63,962 nt of DNA, filler included, from Phoronis australis (GCA_002633005.1; 11 parts of 11 records of this genome joined end to end with filler, not necessarily neighbours in it), one strand, 5' to 3'; positions 10,624 to 25,578 are shown, numbered from the whole stretch's first letter. Made by a program: numbers and translations. Notes: generated by a model not told the origin, from the letters alone.

Positions 10624-11143
10624 AAAACAATTGGCTAGCAAAGAAATAATATCAATAAGAAATAACACTATCAAACTAACATACTAAGAATTATATGTAT
10701 CATGAATGTCACAGATTTCATGACACAGAAATTGAATCGATTTCTCCTTATACAATGTAAAACACCATGATGAAAAAATTTCCTTCCAAAATACACCAGT
10801 CATGTTGTTACAAAAACCGGATTGTCAAAAATTCAACAGCGTTGACAGATTTATGAAGCCCACCCGGAGCGAAATTAAACAGCGTGTTGTCAGCTGCGTC
10901 ATTTCCAGAGTCTGCATACACACTTACATGTATGTAGCCATAAAATATAAAACATGACGTATGCTTACAATTACATAATCAAATCAACACACGTTTTAGA
11001 ACACATGAGAGAAGAAACGAGCAAAACTTGGTTGAAAGCTCGTCAGCAATACATTGTACTTATAGGTGGCTCTGAGAGCCTGTCAACTAAGGACCTGGAT
11101 AGAGTTTACATGTACACGTACATGTAGTAACGCTAGGACCTAC

Positions 11144-11311
11144 CACTGGCGGATTTGGAGGAGTGCCAAGGGGGTCGTGCCCCCCCCCCAAAAAAAAAAT
11201 TATTCTCGAAGATTCCATTTGACAGTTCGAGAGTGCGAATGTCTGACGGGCAAAAAACTGCCTAATACCTGCCCTGACCCCCAGTAACTCAAAATCTGGT
11301 ACCCGCCCCTG
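11144..11311. mobile_element. MITE with imperfect CAGGGGCGG-type TIRs and CCTAC target duplication
   Basis: Termini CACTGGCGGAT... and ...CCCGCCCCTG, flanked on both sides by CCTAC (11139-11143 and 11312-11316). Confidence 0.75.
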
Positions 11312-14300
11312 CCTACGCTAGAACCTTGCTATTTGATATTTAAATATTTGGAAATCTCCCACGTAATCTCGCGAAGTCTTGCTTTTTAGTGATGTCCTAA
11401 AGTTACTGAACTACAGGTAGACCCTCAGCGCCGTCTCGCGGGACAATCCATTTCAATATATGTCTGGTCAATTTCAATATATGGCTCGACTAATTCGCAA
11501 ATCAGCTGCTACGCTGGTGTCGCTAAAGAACTTCTCTGAATTATGTCGCTGGATGTAAATGGGAGTGAGATGCATGCTTTACGTTTTAACGTAAAAACCA
11601 TCATTCTCAAATTGTGAACCACCTCTGAAACCACTGTTTTTTATGGACTTCACGAATTAATATGAGTGTGCATTGAATGCCATTCGTCATATGCAAAGAA
11701 CAGGTAAAATCTAGAATATGAATAATCGAGTTTTGAAAAAAGAACCACAAAGGGAATCAAAAGCAACCAAACAAAGTAACAACGAATTTAGCGGCACGGT
11801 GATATCAATGTGTTTTCAAGGACAACATGACCGGCATGCAGACACACCTCGCTGGTCCGGCTACGTGCCAGCACGCAGGTATCACGCAGTGGCACGCGCT
11901 TTAGCATTGGTTGATGTAACCTCAGCAGTCATTGGTTAGCTTTACAACACCGAGCAAAAATGGCGGACAGTGAACGATTTTTAGCCTTGACATGCAAGGG
12001 GCGTAGCAGCAACTCTTTCGTTTTTGCAGTGATGTGAAATAGCCGCGTGCTTGACTGAAGCATGCACAATAAACAAACATCTGGCCGATTTTACGGGTGC
12101 GTTGTTCATACTGTATGAATACATGAAAGTGTAGTAAACAAAAGTCATCGACAGTGGAAAGATGCATTCTGAAAAGGCGCAACCACAATTTCTAGGATTC
12201 ACTTTCCTGAACATAAATTTTAAGGTCCGATTTGTCATTTACACTAACAGTCCATCAGTCATGCCCCACAGAATATCTATGATGCCAGTTTGTTTGCGTA
12301 AAGCGCTGCCTGTTGAGAATTCGACTGGGCAATCAGAAACGCCTTTGTAAAGAAAACCTCAAGGAAAATTATGTAATACCCACCCGCGTGCTGGTTACTG
12401 ACCACTTAGCGGCACCTAGGGAACCCGGCAGCCAGTCAGACATGCGAGAACTACAGTCACGGAAATAGACGAGAATAGTCGATGATTTTCCGATGTCGGC
12501 CGAGGTACACAATTGTGCTCAAAAGTCTTTTAGTTTGATAACAGATAGCATGTGAACAATATGCCATGTTATATGCTATTTAATTTGGTATATATGTTGA
12601 GGTTTTTGAACTAGATTGCCCTTGAAAATAATAACTTTAAGCCACTGGATCGGAGTTTCCTTTATGTTGAGTACTTCGATCAATGCCCGTTTTAATAATT
12701 GCAACTACTGTATTCAGTTCAAAGATGGTGGCCATGCTACGTAAAAGTAAACTGAAAGGAGTTTCTCAGATTTCAACCAATGGAAATGACTTCATGTTTC
12801 GACGTCCGCTTCATTACTTAAAGGTGGCACTGAATAGTTAGGCTGCGGCCGCGGCCAATTTGCACTCCCAAAATATAGAAATTTTGGGGTAGGCCAAGTT
12901 TGGGGGCATTTTGTAGGTGGGCATTGCACGTAGGCTCAGTGAATGTGGTTTGTTTGTATTTGTGAACATGCTGTGAATAAAAAAAGGCCACTTTCTTGGC
13001 TGTAGCTGCACTCTTCTTCAAGATGGCGGCCCCCGGCTGCAATTGTGCATTGTTGGGTAGCGACCGAGAAATTGGCTGTGATTTTAGGTAGCCCTCAAAC
13101 AAGCAAGAATTGCAAAAAAACTAGTTGGTTGACAGTACTTTTGGACCACATTTTCTGAATCGGTAGGAAATTTGCTTTCAGACTCTAAGTTTGGTTTTAG
13201 TCGTGCATCGGCAGGGAAGTGGTGTTTTTCGGGTGAAAAGTGCCGATTTTGCATTTTTTTGCCCTTATTTTTCTTAGTCTAGCTTGGTTGTCAGTGGGAA
13301 TGAAATGGTCAAAAATACAAGAAAGAATAAAGTTTCTGTGCTCATCTGCTGGGCTTTTTATGTGAAATAATTGAAAACATGCCATTCTTTGCATCCTGTT
13401 TTTGACAGAGTGAAGAAAAGGTTACAAATCAAGTGATGTGTGTTTTGCTAGGCAAAACCCAGTGAGAACTGTTCTGTGCCTCCTAAACAGTGAGAAGACA
13501 TTCCACAGTGCTACCTTCCGTGAAGGAGAGTAGGTTGGATGTTGATAATTTTACAGGTATCTGGCTCCATCTATTGGCAAATGTTCTGCGTCTCACAGCT
13601 GAAGCACCAACCGAATTTTTATAAAACTCAAAAACGATTCACTGTACTTGTCTGACAAGTGTTTTCTTACGAAAAACTTACAACTTACATTAGCGCTTTA
13701 GATAATGCAGGGAGTGTGGACCACACATTGTTCTTCTGTATCTACATGTATTTCTATCTGTCCTTAGATGGGCGGTGCAGCACTGAAATAAGTGGGCGTC
13801 TATAGTCCTCCACCCNTCCAGAGGACAAGTTCTCCCCGAGAAATACCCAGTCATATGTGCCGGAATAATCGCTGTGGCTATACATTGACACTAACGTCGT
13901 GTATGAGGTCGCATACACTGGACCACGGAAACCCGCGGAAGGTGCAGAATGGGATCTAACTCTCCCAAACTCGCGACAACCGGTGAGGAGGGCTTATCAT
14001 TGGCAAACTGAACAGGTGTGATCACGCATCACATCTTGAATATTGAATAGCATGATTGTTGGACCTGGTAACAATTTGGACGAAACTAGTGGCTGTAAGT
14101 TAGGATTTTGTGGTGAAATTAACTTTAGTAGGAGTGAGAAAGAAACGAATGTTAGTCACTGCTTGCATTTCGTCTTGGCCGAAGGTAGATGTGGCATGCG
14201 TGCAATGATAACACTATACGAGCACCTAAGGGGTTCGGGGCCTCGAACGGCTCCCTTCCCCTCCGCCCATTTGACGAAGTGGGCAAAAGGTCCGCCTCAG

Positions 14301-15695
14301 AGAAACAAAATGTCAGAGAACACTAGACAAAAGTCCACTGAAAAGGCGCGAAGTGGTGACCCGCATCTAGCCCTGAGCTATCTACATGTATGTTCACAAC
14401 TTGAGGATGACACTACAGCTCGGAGCATCTCCTCAATGTTGACCCGGCCATAGACTAGACCACAGTTATAGAGGGCGCTTTATTCGTGAGCTCTAACAGC
14501 CTCACGGATGCAAAGAGTCACGTCAATTGATAGGGTCAAGCATTGAAGCCCGAGTTATGAGGAACAACTGAATTTTGTGTATTAGTGAAGAAGAGGACAA
14601 TGTTAATGAAAACATTCATGCGGAGGTTCAGGGAGGAAGGCCGCCTCTCATGTAGCAATGGACGTGAGTGTCATTAAAATTAACAGCCGCGTGAGTTGTT
14701 TTTCAACACGTTACAACTGTACGTAGAATCAACTGGACAGTCATATGAAAACAAATTAAAAGTCAGTAACTGGTGTAGAATCATCGAAATCATTTTTCAC
14801 TGCAGCTGCCGGTATGTGCCAAACGGGTCTATGGTCATGAACACTGAAAGTTCTGCCACTATAGGAGAACCTGCCGCGAATAAAAACCGTATCTTCAAGA
14901 ATAGTCGACAAGTTTTTGTTTTTAAACAACCCTGCAACACTTCTATGTTCATTAAATCAATTGAATTTCATGTTTTGGTCAATGATATGCTACCGGATGT
15001 GAAACATGCATTATGTTGCATGGTGCCCAATGTTAAAATTCTATACTTTGTTTCCTTTACATATCTACTGTAAATGTATCACGCTAGTACGCATGCGCTA
15101 CGCTTGTTCAACTCGATCGACATTTTATTAACCACGTCAGTCAGTAAAAGGGTGTGGTCTTACTAATATCGTTTTTGTACGTAAATCAACATTAGAATGT
15201 ATTCTCACTCACATTCGGTCAGGGTTATCTTCACATGTAACTACATACACTGTATAGTAGTTTCAGACCAAAAAGCAAGACTTAATTTCAGTAAGTTACC
15301 CCAGTCACCAAATCCCAAACTATTGCTCTCCTATAGCCGCCTATACAGCAAAATACAGGCATTGGGCAATGACAAAGAAAGATAGAAGTCGTGTTTACCA
15401 GAGCTCAGGGTGTTTTGTTCAGTGGCTGTTCGCGGTTTCCTTGTGTTTGAAAAATGCAATTATGTTCGGTCTTGGGGTGGAACGCATCACCCTCCGTCGT
15501 TACCGCCTCAGATCCCAGTATCAGAGTATCGTCAGCGATCAACAATGATGTTGATGTACGTGTACATGTAGTCTCGAATTATCATGGACCAGCCTGTTTG
15601 TCGCAGGTTTGCAAGTGCGTCTTCTCGTCCGGTCAGACCACGTCTTTGAAAATCTGAAAAGAGAACAATAACAGACCAGGCGTGAGTTTATTAGC

Positions 15696-15826
15696 ACTAG
15701 GACCTACGCTAGGATCTAGCTAAAATTTAGCCAGAATCATGTGTTCTCATTAAAAATACACGACAACATCTAACGTAATCTCGCAAAGTCGTGCTTTTTA
15801 GCGAGATCCTAGCTTTACTGAACGGG
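15696..15826. repeat. Dispersed ~130-bp repeat (other copies at 11133-11411, interrupted, and 39966-40103)
   Basis: Shared CTAGGACCTACGCTAGG...CGTAATCTCGC.AAGTC.TGCTTTTTAG.GA..TCCTAGC.TTACTGAAC. Confidence 0.8.
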
Positions 15827-17645
15827 AGGCAGGATTTTTTACACATATGCCCGGCGTTGATGCCTGTGGCATGCACAGTAGGTGTCTTGTCATCTTTGTG
15901 GTTCATGGCGAATAACATACTTGCCAACGTATTGAAACAATTGTAACATTGTCTAAGCACTTTGCGCAACAAATTCCGCAGCAGTTGGTGAAGCATGGTT
16001 AGATTATTTTTACCTTTGCACTACAATTGCTCAAGCGTTTCCAGTTTCGCAAAATACTGCGCAAAAATCTGCTAGAGGAACTTGCATAAACGTGTTTTCG
16101 TTGATAAATTATGCAACGAATATTGTAATCGTGAAATTGGCACACTTTTGAGAAGACCAAAATGGGTATTCTTGTTTGACGGCTTTCTCATTTAAAATAT
16201 CTCAAAAAGTACATGTAGGTCAATGTCCCCACTAAGGTTCATTTCACAGTAAACACGAGGGGTATCTACATAAAACAGTGCAAGTAACCCTTTGTGAAAA
16301 GTCAAAACGATAACGTTCGTGGGGCTCAAAGTCAAGAAAACTCCATTAACTATACGCCGACGTACGACACACCTGTAAGCCGGCAACTAATAAAACAGCT
16401 GTGAAAAAAAAGATTGACATCGTGCAAAGAAATTATTTCTTTTTGACAATGAATCTAATTAGAGGTGGTTCTTCAATGACCCACGTAGATTTATTATTTT
16501 CGACCGATTCATCTCTGTTTGGCTTTGGGCGGTTGTAACGCAGGGCTAATTCGGCGAGCCCACTGGTTGGAGAGATTTTTACTGTAGGACGCGAAGACCA
16601 GGGTAAAAATATTAAATTTCAACGATAAATCAAAACTGGCGAGTCCCTTTAAGCAGAATGCATGCATTTTTTCAGTTTCATGTTGTCACAAACATGAAGT
16701 TAAATTGAACCAAATGACTTTTGAATTTTACTCAGTTTGTTTAAACTACTCAACGATTAAAAACTAACTGAGCAGTGTCTCATGTTTTGGAATGACTGAA
16801 ACGTACACAAACAAAGTTACTCGATATTCTCTCTAGGATTCCAGTAAGAGCTCATCAATAATTCCTGCCAAAAACTCATGAGGAAATTACTCGATAAAAG
16901 TGAAACTGCTACTGAGAGATATTATGCCTGTGCGATTCATTTAAAGCGTTATTAATACATCACAGTCTGTTACGACATTGTACTCTGGGGAATTTTAGCA
17001 ATATTGTAATAATTTAGAATGAATAAGTAAAATTTCATTTGCAAAGTACCCGTCACCGTTTTATTTCGAAAATCCCGCAAACGACATTGACAAATTTCCC
17101 CTTTCACTGGAAAATTTTAAATTGATCTACTGGACAGTAGAGTTTGCTAGGTTTTGAAATCGCTTAAAGTTCAATGTCATTGTTTTATCGCACCGAAAGG
17201 TGACCAATCTGGTCTAGAATAGTCGCAAAGTTTAAATCTTGAAATGAGTAGAGTACAAATTAGAGAACCCGCAGACCCTGAAATATTATAGCTGACCTCG
17301 TAAGGAGACGTGTAGCTATGAGAAACACATCACCCGCCTGTGTCGGCGGGTTCTAACGAACAGGCCTCCAGTAGTTTATAGAGTTGGATGAGCGTTAAAA
17401 CTTAGATAAGACCGACACATTTGTTTCAATTATCAAACGCTAGCATTACTTTTGGGTTGGAAATCAATGAGAATAGTGCAATGTAAAGCAGCAATTACAG
17501 CAACGTTTTGAAACTTGTGAAATACACAGTCGCGTAAGTATCACGGACATTTGGACACAGTGACACGTGGCCGTTGCAACAAGGTGTACTCAACAACACT
17601 GACAATGTCTCCTCTGTTTGACCTCGATAACAATGTAAACGTGCA

Positions 17646-19127
17646 GCTATCTGAAGTTGTCATATAGCTCAACGAATTGTTAAGATTCGACCTATAGTCA
17701 TATATGATAGTCATGTATGATAAATTTATTGACGCCCTCGGAGATAAGTACAGTACAGTATAAGACGTCCATCTACGTGTACGAAACCATGTTATACATG
17801 TAGACATGTCATCTCGGAGAAAATAGATGAATTCGTGAAAATCTCGGCTGAAATTCCCGGTTTAATTTCCAAATGACTTATCGTGTCTCTGTTTTCTTTC
17901 TGTGTGCAGGCCATAGCTAAGCTAGTCGATTGTCGACGTCACCTTGTTTAAGCACAACTGGAACATTAAATTGGAAATGCTGATGACATGGCACTGTACT
18001 AGTCCGGCGGAGCCAACGAATTTGGCAGGTTTTTTCGAAATGTGTAGCTGTTATCGGTTGCAAATGGTCTAGAAATTTAAAACGTATGTTTAATATCCCG
18101 TGAATCATATCGGGGATGTTATTATTCGCGATGTCTCAATGCCGGAGTTTGTATTGTCACTTTGCCGGACATGCGCCTGTTTTACACGCGTTATTTGTGA
18201 CACATATTTGGTATTAAGTCAAAATTTCTTCGCTCATTCCGTTTCATTTCCCATGCAATAACCAAATGTCACATAAAGTTAAACTGCGTGACAATGAATA
18301 CATGTTTATACAATCAAACTCCATGTACTTTGGCAACATTAAATATNNNNNNNNNNNNNNNNNNNNNNNNNNNNNNNNNNNNNNNNNNNNNNNNNNNNNN
18401 NNNNNNNNNNNNNNNNNNNNNNNGCTATCTGAAGTTGTCATATAGCTCAACGAATTGTTAAGATTCGACCTATAGTCATATATGATAGTCATGTATGATA
18501 AATTTATTGACGCCCTCGGAGATAAGTACAGTACAGTATAAGACGTCCATCTACGTGTACGAAACCATGTTATACATTTAGACATTTCATCTCGGAGAAA
18601 ATAGATGAATTCGTGAAAATCTCGGCTGAAATTCCCGGTTTAATTTCCAAATGACTTATCGTGTCTCTGTTTTCTTTCTGTGTGCCGGCCATAGCTAAGC
18701 TAGTAGTCGATTGCCGACGTCACCTTGTTTAAGCACAACTGGAACATTAAATTGGAAATGCTGATGACATGGCACTGTACTAGTCCGGCGGAGCCAACGA
18801 ATTTGGCAGGTTTTTTCGAAATGTGTAGCTGTTATCGGTTGCAAATGGTCTAGAAATTTAAAACGTATGTTTAATATCCCGTGAATCATATCGGGGATGT
18901 TATTATTCGCGATGTCTCAATGCCGGAGTTTGTATTGTCACTTTGCCGGACATGCGCCTGTTTTACACGCGTTATTTGTGACACATATTTGGTATTAAGT
19001 CAAAATTTCTTCGCTCATTCCGTTTCATTTCCCATGCAATAACCAAATGTCACATAAAGTTAAACTGCGTGACAATGAATACATGTTTATACAATCAAAC
19101 TCCATGTACTTTGGCAACATTAAATAT
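17646..19127. repeat. ~700-bp direct duplication flanking an N gap (17646-18346 and 18424-19127)
   Basis: Near-identical copies differing by a few substitutions and a 3-bp indel, on either side of the gap at 18347-18423. Confidence 0.95.
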
Positions 19128-21337
19128 CTATAGTGTATAGGGACCGTCAACTTCATTGTAAAGCGACCACTGCTGTATTTGCTAATCTGCTTCCTGTTGC
19201 CATCATATTTCAAAAAGTCTTTGTCATTGTACTCATTAAATCGTTCACCAGCCACCGAAGAAACCATTAATGAACCTGACATTTGGCTACATGCGAACAT
19301 CGTGACGAATTAAAGGACCGCAATCGTGGTTGGTTGAGATAGTCCCAGTAGAAACTCAAGTATGTTCCTTACGTTTCTGTGGTATCTGCGGTCTTTGATC
19401 ACTCACAGATTGCCCACTCCTCTAAAATGTTATCTTCAATGCTACGTCAACTTTTATCTCATATACAGAGTAAACGATGTGTTCATTACTTGATATTATT
19501 TCAAATGAAAATAGGGATATATTAATACAATCTATCCTCCTCGCAAACAAGGTTCAGTTTTCAGAAGTAAATGGCATAACAAAGAGAAAAGTCACAATAA
19601 AGACAAAGTGACAAGAATTAGGAAAGAGTTCCGAAGAGCTTCACAAGCAGAAATCGTACACAGCGACACTCAAATCTCGCTATATTTACCCACAATGCCG
19701 TAACCACCCGTCAGGTACATTTGCTACCTCGTTACTTATTGTCTGGTTCTTAGTTTTTCTCGGCTGCGTTACTCTATTTTTCCAATTCCAACGAAGTATT
19801 ATTGCTGCACAATGCTAAATCCTCGTGAGAGACGATCCGGAGTTGGTATATGGTGCAACTCCGGACGTTGGTCTGCCGGGGGTCAACAGAAAACCACAGT
19901 TCAACTGTGAGTCTACACCAATGTGATAAACGAGAGTATTTCTAGTTGCTGCGTCAGCTGCAGGTACATCTATGCTTATCGCTTTTATGACACCCTGTGT
20001 GACTGGACTAAGCGTTATGTGGATAAATCAGTGGAGTGTGAGACCCCTGACGTCCCTGTCAAGTCCTCACGACAATTCTACGTTATGTGTACTGTGGGTT
20101 GCAACACCAACGTGGGAGAAATAGCCGTGCGAGGAAAGACGGGAAATTCTTCGCCCTTCTGACATCAATGAAAGACACGAAAATGTGCCAAATTTCCAAA
20201 ACGAGGTACCGCGCTCTCCGGGACAAAGGAGACTTCTACCATCGTTTAATCCGGTGGACCCTGTTGACCTAACGAAAACAAGGATACCGAAGTCTGGGAC
20301 GAAAACAAAACCATACACCGTGTGGGTGATGCCAGCGGTCGCAATAGCCTAACAGGCCATTTTGTCTTTAGAAATTGACAAGCGTATTACAATATTTATT
20401 AAAATAAGCTCTCCAAAGGTTTTTTCGATGGGATCCGTTAATTTGCTAGAAGCTATCATTAATATATAGAATAAAATAGAATTTATTGTGATTAGAAGGC
20501 CTCTGGCATACAATCACGTTTCAACAACATATGTATAAACTCAACAGGTTAGCTTATTTCACTACGCAGGACACCTACAGGTGTACTCACACTTCTCCAA
20601 TAAAGGTACACCGACAACCTTCCCTGTGCCCACCTACGTTTAATTTCCTAGTCGTAAGCTATCATAGAAAACAATACAGACAGTTAATAAAGTCATGCTC
20701 ATCTATGATTACATTTATAATTTTTGTCTTAACAGAATTAGAACAGCACTTCTCTGTTTGTGCCTAATGTGAAAAGTAAGGGAAATTGGTACAGTGTAAT
20801 CGGCATTGGATTTATTTACAAAGGAGCGGGTGTAGGGATTGGATATGATGGGGCATTCACTGACTATGGATGAAGTTCAAAAACTATGAGATGAATAGCA
20901 AAACATATCTGGCCGATTTGTTGTGCAAATGTCCACTTTGTCGTCTGGTTTTTCATTAAAACGTGTCAGTAGGTACAAACACAAGAAATCGTGTAAAGAT
21001 CTGGTCCTCGCAGAAAGTATCTACATGTATACGGATGCACTACGCATCATGCTTCCCTCGCTCCTAAATTGTTTGATCCAATTACACGTGATCAACTTCC
21101 CAATCTGGATATTACAATTACATGTGCAATAGAAAAAAATGTTGATTAATGCGTTATGTAGATCGAGCTAACAAGTCCATCAAACCAAGAAGTGGGGACA
21201 GCGGTAACACAACGCCATAAACATGGTTGCGAACGAAAGGGTTAAGGTGGTTTTACGAAGCTTATAGATGCATGTATGGCCATAATTGAATAAAAAACGA
21301 CTGTCGACGAACAATTTATGAAGAAAGACCTATTCTT

Positions 21338-21478
21338 TAGACATCACCGTTTTACAAACAACCAGACATCAAGTGTCAACATACGAGTCAAGTTACCTCC
21401 ATAAAATGAATTGATTGTAACACCAATGCATGTATGTTGACACGTGATGTCTGGTTGTTTGTATCCTGGTGGTGTCTA
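21338..21478. repeat. Inverted repeat / hairpin, probable MITE
   Basis: 32-bp arms at 21353-21384 and 21432-21463 with one mismatch; weaker pairing extends outward. Confidence 0.85.
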
Positions 21479-24400
21479 TGCAATAACGAAACGTCGAATT
21501 AATATGATTTTTTATTTACGCATAGGTACTTGCAACACAGACCATCCTCGGGGAAAGAACAAGGAAAAGACCTTTTAAAAGCACAAGACATTAGGCTATT
21601 GTCGGAAATGGGCAAACAAACGTAATGTGAAAGATGGTGGACTTGGTTATTTTCCACGATTTTCCATTTACTTTGATACTATCTGGCTTTAAATTAGCCA
21701 TTAAACGTGGACGTTGTGTGGACGAAAGGGTAATTTAAATAAACCCAACTTCGTCGACATCCTAAGACACAACAAAACCAGACGACCTCTGTGGGCACTA
21801 AAATTATTTCCAAATGTATTCATATATCGTGGACAAATGATTTCAACAACCGGCCGATGGCCAAGCACGCCACTGCCTGCTTCTAATAGCACAGTAACCT
21901 TGGGTCACAAATCCTGTCGCCAAGAGTTGACGACTGATTCGCATACCATCAGTCGGCAAGTACAGCGTTTCTGTTGTTGAATTTGTTTCCTTGAGGGATT
22001 TGCACATAAACATTGGAAACCCAAACACGAGATTTGGTGCTATCACTCTATTCATACCCGCCTGTAGCTAAACCAGTCGGCATCAGTTTAACAACTCATT
22101 CTAGACGCTTAAAAACACGATCAAAACTTGTAGTTGTATTTACAAAATGAGCGAACAAACACAATAAAGTAAATGTTGACGTATGTTACATTTGGTGACA
22201 AAGGTGTGATATTTTTTGTTAACTGATCTTGAGGAAACGTGATGTCGAATATCAGCGACAGCTATATTTTCCTTGCATATACTTAGACTGAACTAGGTTT
22301 GCTCATTGTAGATACAGAGCATTTGAATAACGGCAATTCTCATGTAACCACTTGTTGAATTGCTGTTCAGTTCCAACGCTTGCATTGTTCATTTGTGTCA
22401 TTATTACTGTCAAATTGTTTACAAATACAAAACAAAATGTACCTGGTGTAACAGGTGTTCCAGACGAAGTAATCAGAGAGTTTGAAAAACGGATCACGAA
22501 TGTATTTCCCACATACTAGAACCATGGTTACCGCTAGGCTAATACTATATCGGGAATAGGCATTAGGTGGTTGGTCTTTATGGGTGATCTCAGAAATGAC
22601 GTTGAGTAACTTAGAAACGAAAGCTAATCTTCCAACACGGGGGCGCGGGAATGATCCCTCATCATAGCAAGTCATTTTTATGTTAAATTTACGTTGATGT
22701 TCGCCAGGTGACCTCCCTGTCCGTGTATACTACACTGGTGTGAGTTCGTGGTGCTTGCACGGCATCAAGTGTACTTATCAGACTAGTCAAGTCACGTGGC
22801 CTTCCAAGTAAGGAAGCGAATAAGCCTACAGACCCGAACTTGTATCTTCGGGTTGCTGGACACTGGAAGTAGACTAGGTTGTTGTTTTGCTTAAGTCGTA
22901 TTATTCTATGCATCAATTGCTGTTTGGACAGAGCTTCTCATCAAGCTGTTGTTAACATTAAAAGCAAAAGAATGGCTAACACAAATAAATTAGGATCAGT
23001 AAATAGGTGTTTAGCTCGATCATCGCCCTGTACACATAGGAATTGGCTGCCTGGACTACTTGGAACATTCAATGCGTAACTTATGCTGTAGCAATGATTA
23101 TAATGTAGAGCTTAAATTAGAGCAGCAAATAAAGACATTAATATCTTGGTGACTGCATGGACTCTCCCAATACCGTCGGTAAAGTTAGGGTGGAAACTTC
23201 TAATTTACATTTAATCACATGGGATATGGTAGTTCGTGTTTGTTGTAGGGAAGATCGAGTAACCATGTTACGATTAGTCGAATAAGGGTAAGAAAAATGT
23301 TTCTCGTGATTCCTTTATTGTGAATATGACAATGAATTCGTATACAGTGTATATTGTGGCGATCGAATATCCACGCTGTGATTAGTCCCATCAGAGTCGT
23401 GAACTTTGGGTGTCTTTGTTTGCAATTGACTACTCTATCATTGTGCTAAGGTTGAAATTAACTACATGTGTATGTCATCGAACTCGTCTCTTGAAATAGC
23501 TGAAGGATTGAAAATCAGCTCCAGAACCATTCTCAGAACTTAAAAGGCAACTCTTCAGATAGCTATTGCTGATATTTGGTTCTTGGGGGTCACTCTACAA
23601 TGTACGTTGTGAGGTACAATGTAGACTTTGAGACTGAGGTGACCAGTATTGATCTAGGGTAGAAGGTTAAGAATGACGACCAGACAAGAGAAACCCATGC
23701 TATGAACATTCCCACTAAATAAAATTGGTTCTAACCCCGGTGTTTAAGGTAAACGGCGGGGTATGGAAAATTGAACTAGACCGTATTTATCCACCTTGGT
23801 TGAGACGCGCTCGGCTCATGCTCAAAGGGATGCCGCCAAGCTGCTCTATTCATCGAGTCACGAGCGAGGATAATTGACTTCGCTCATGCGGATATGATCA
23901 GCTGATTACAGTCTAGCCTAACAACTGTACTTTTTATGGAGAGAATTTTNNNNNNNNNNNNNNNNNNNNNNNNNNNNNNNNNNNNNNNNNNNNNNNNNNN
24001 NNNNNNNNNNNNNNNNNNNNNNNNNNNNNNNNNNNNNNNNNNNNNNNNNNNNNNNNNNNNNNNNNNNNNNNNNNNNNNNNNNNNNNNNNNNNNNNNNNNN
24101 NNNNNNNNNNNNNNNNNNNNNNNNNNNNNNNNNNNNNNNNNNNNNNNNNNNNNNNNNNNNNNNNNNNNNNNNNNNNNNNNNNNNNNNNNNNNNNNNNNNN
24201 NNNNNNNNNNNNNNNNNTAAATTTGATGAATCCTAGCTTCCGATTTTACCCGTTTGGGAAACCGGGTTTCAACTGCCGTAGGCTCACTACAATAAGCGTC
24301 CCCTCCCCGTGAAATGAATTTTTCTAAGCGTTTGTTTGAGCCAATACAGTATACAGCTTTCCACCAAGGCTAGGTGATGCAAGACATTATTACTTGTTCT

Positions 24401-25578
24401 TTGTTGCATTATAGTAACTGGTCTTGGCTAATTATCATTTTATGGCCTGGTCATCCATTCAGCCCAAAGTAGTTCCAGAGGTGGCTTATCAGCCAATTAT
24501 TCACGCATGCTGACTCACAATAGAAGCCTGATAAGAGTGAAGGTGGATAAATGCGGTGTTCCTACAGTTTCTTGTTTTAGTGGATGTGTTCACGACATGC
24601 ACTGCTGGCTGGGCAAAAAATACAGGTTCAAAATGCCAAGCAACAGTAGCAGACGAATTTGCCCTATAAGATAGCAAACGTCTGCAAACTCTCACAAGAA
24701 GAGCCTAATCACTCTTTACGTAATTATGTAATTCTTTCGGGAGTATCAAATTAGGTCTCCAAACTTAAGTAGTTTGCACACGACCAATGTTATAAAGCTA
24801 CCAGGACCGCAATGTTTAATATTTCGTTGACTAATATACACACTTAAATATACGTTTACGTAAACGTACATTTAACAAGGAATTAGGGTAACAGTTTGGA
24901 CTGCGGAATTTTCAGCCCGGACTTTTTCTCTCTTGGTTTTCAAATGTTGTACTGTTTATGCTGTATACTGTTGTAGATTTACGTTTACAGAATGTAGTAT
25001 TCTACCTAGAATATTACGTCACATGGTATTGTGATGCAATAAAAATTATCTTCCTTATTATTATCGTATCATAAATGTCCATATAGTAAATGAGTTGATC
25101 AGAATCTGAGTATGTTTTTGGGAGAAGGTTTACCCAAAAATGATTCAATAACTTACGTAAATGTTTCCACAATTTTTCACACAGAACAACTTTTGTCGCA
25201 GCAGATACACTTGGTATTGTCCATTGTTTTTATTAGGTTCAAGTTCAACTTGTGTTAGCGGGACTGAGAGAGAGAGAGACTAATGTAGCGCGTACACATT
25301 CCGATGCCGTCAGTGGTTGGCGAGCTGGATTTTCATGTCGGAAAGAACCGCATCAAGCCACTTCTCCGGGCTAGTTTGACCAGAAACCAATATGGTTCCG
25401 CGACGTATAATCGCCTTCATATTCTGAAACTTCGCTGGAGATATAACAAAGATACTATGTCCCAAGCTTAGGTATCTATAAAATCTTTGGATATAAGACC
25501 AGTTCTGGTTGTTATTCCATGGATGCCAAGAATATCCAGACTGTTACACGTTGAAATAAACCAAATGTATTGATTCAG

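Noticed and set aside
15531-15652. Possible minus-strand terminal exon (FQRRGLTGREDALANLRQTGWSM...)
   Set aside because: The acceptor is good, but the frame is ambiguous, there is no recognisable homology and no partner exon was found.
23936-24220. ORFs running through N gaps (also 56133-56478)
   Set aside because: Artefacts of translating Ns.
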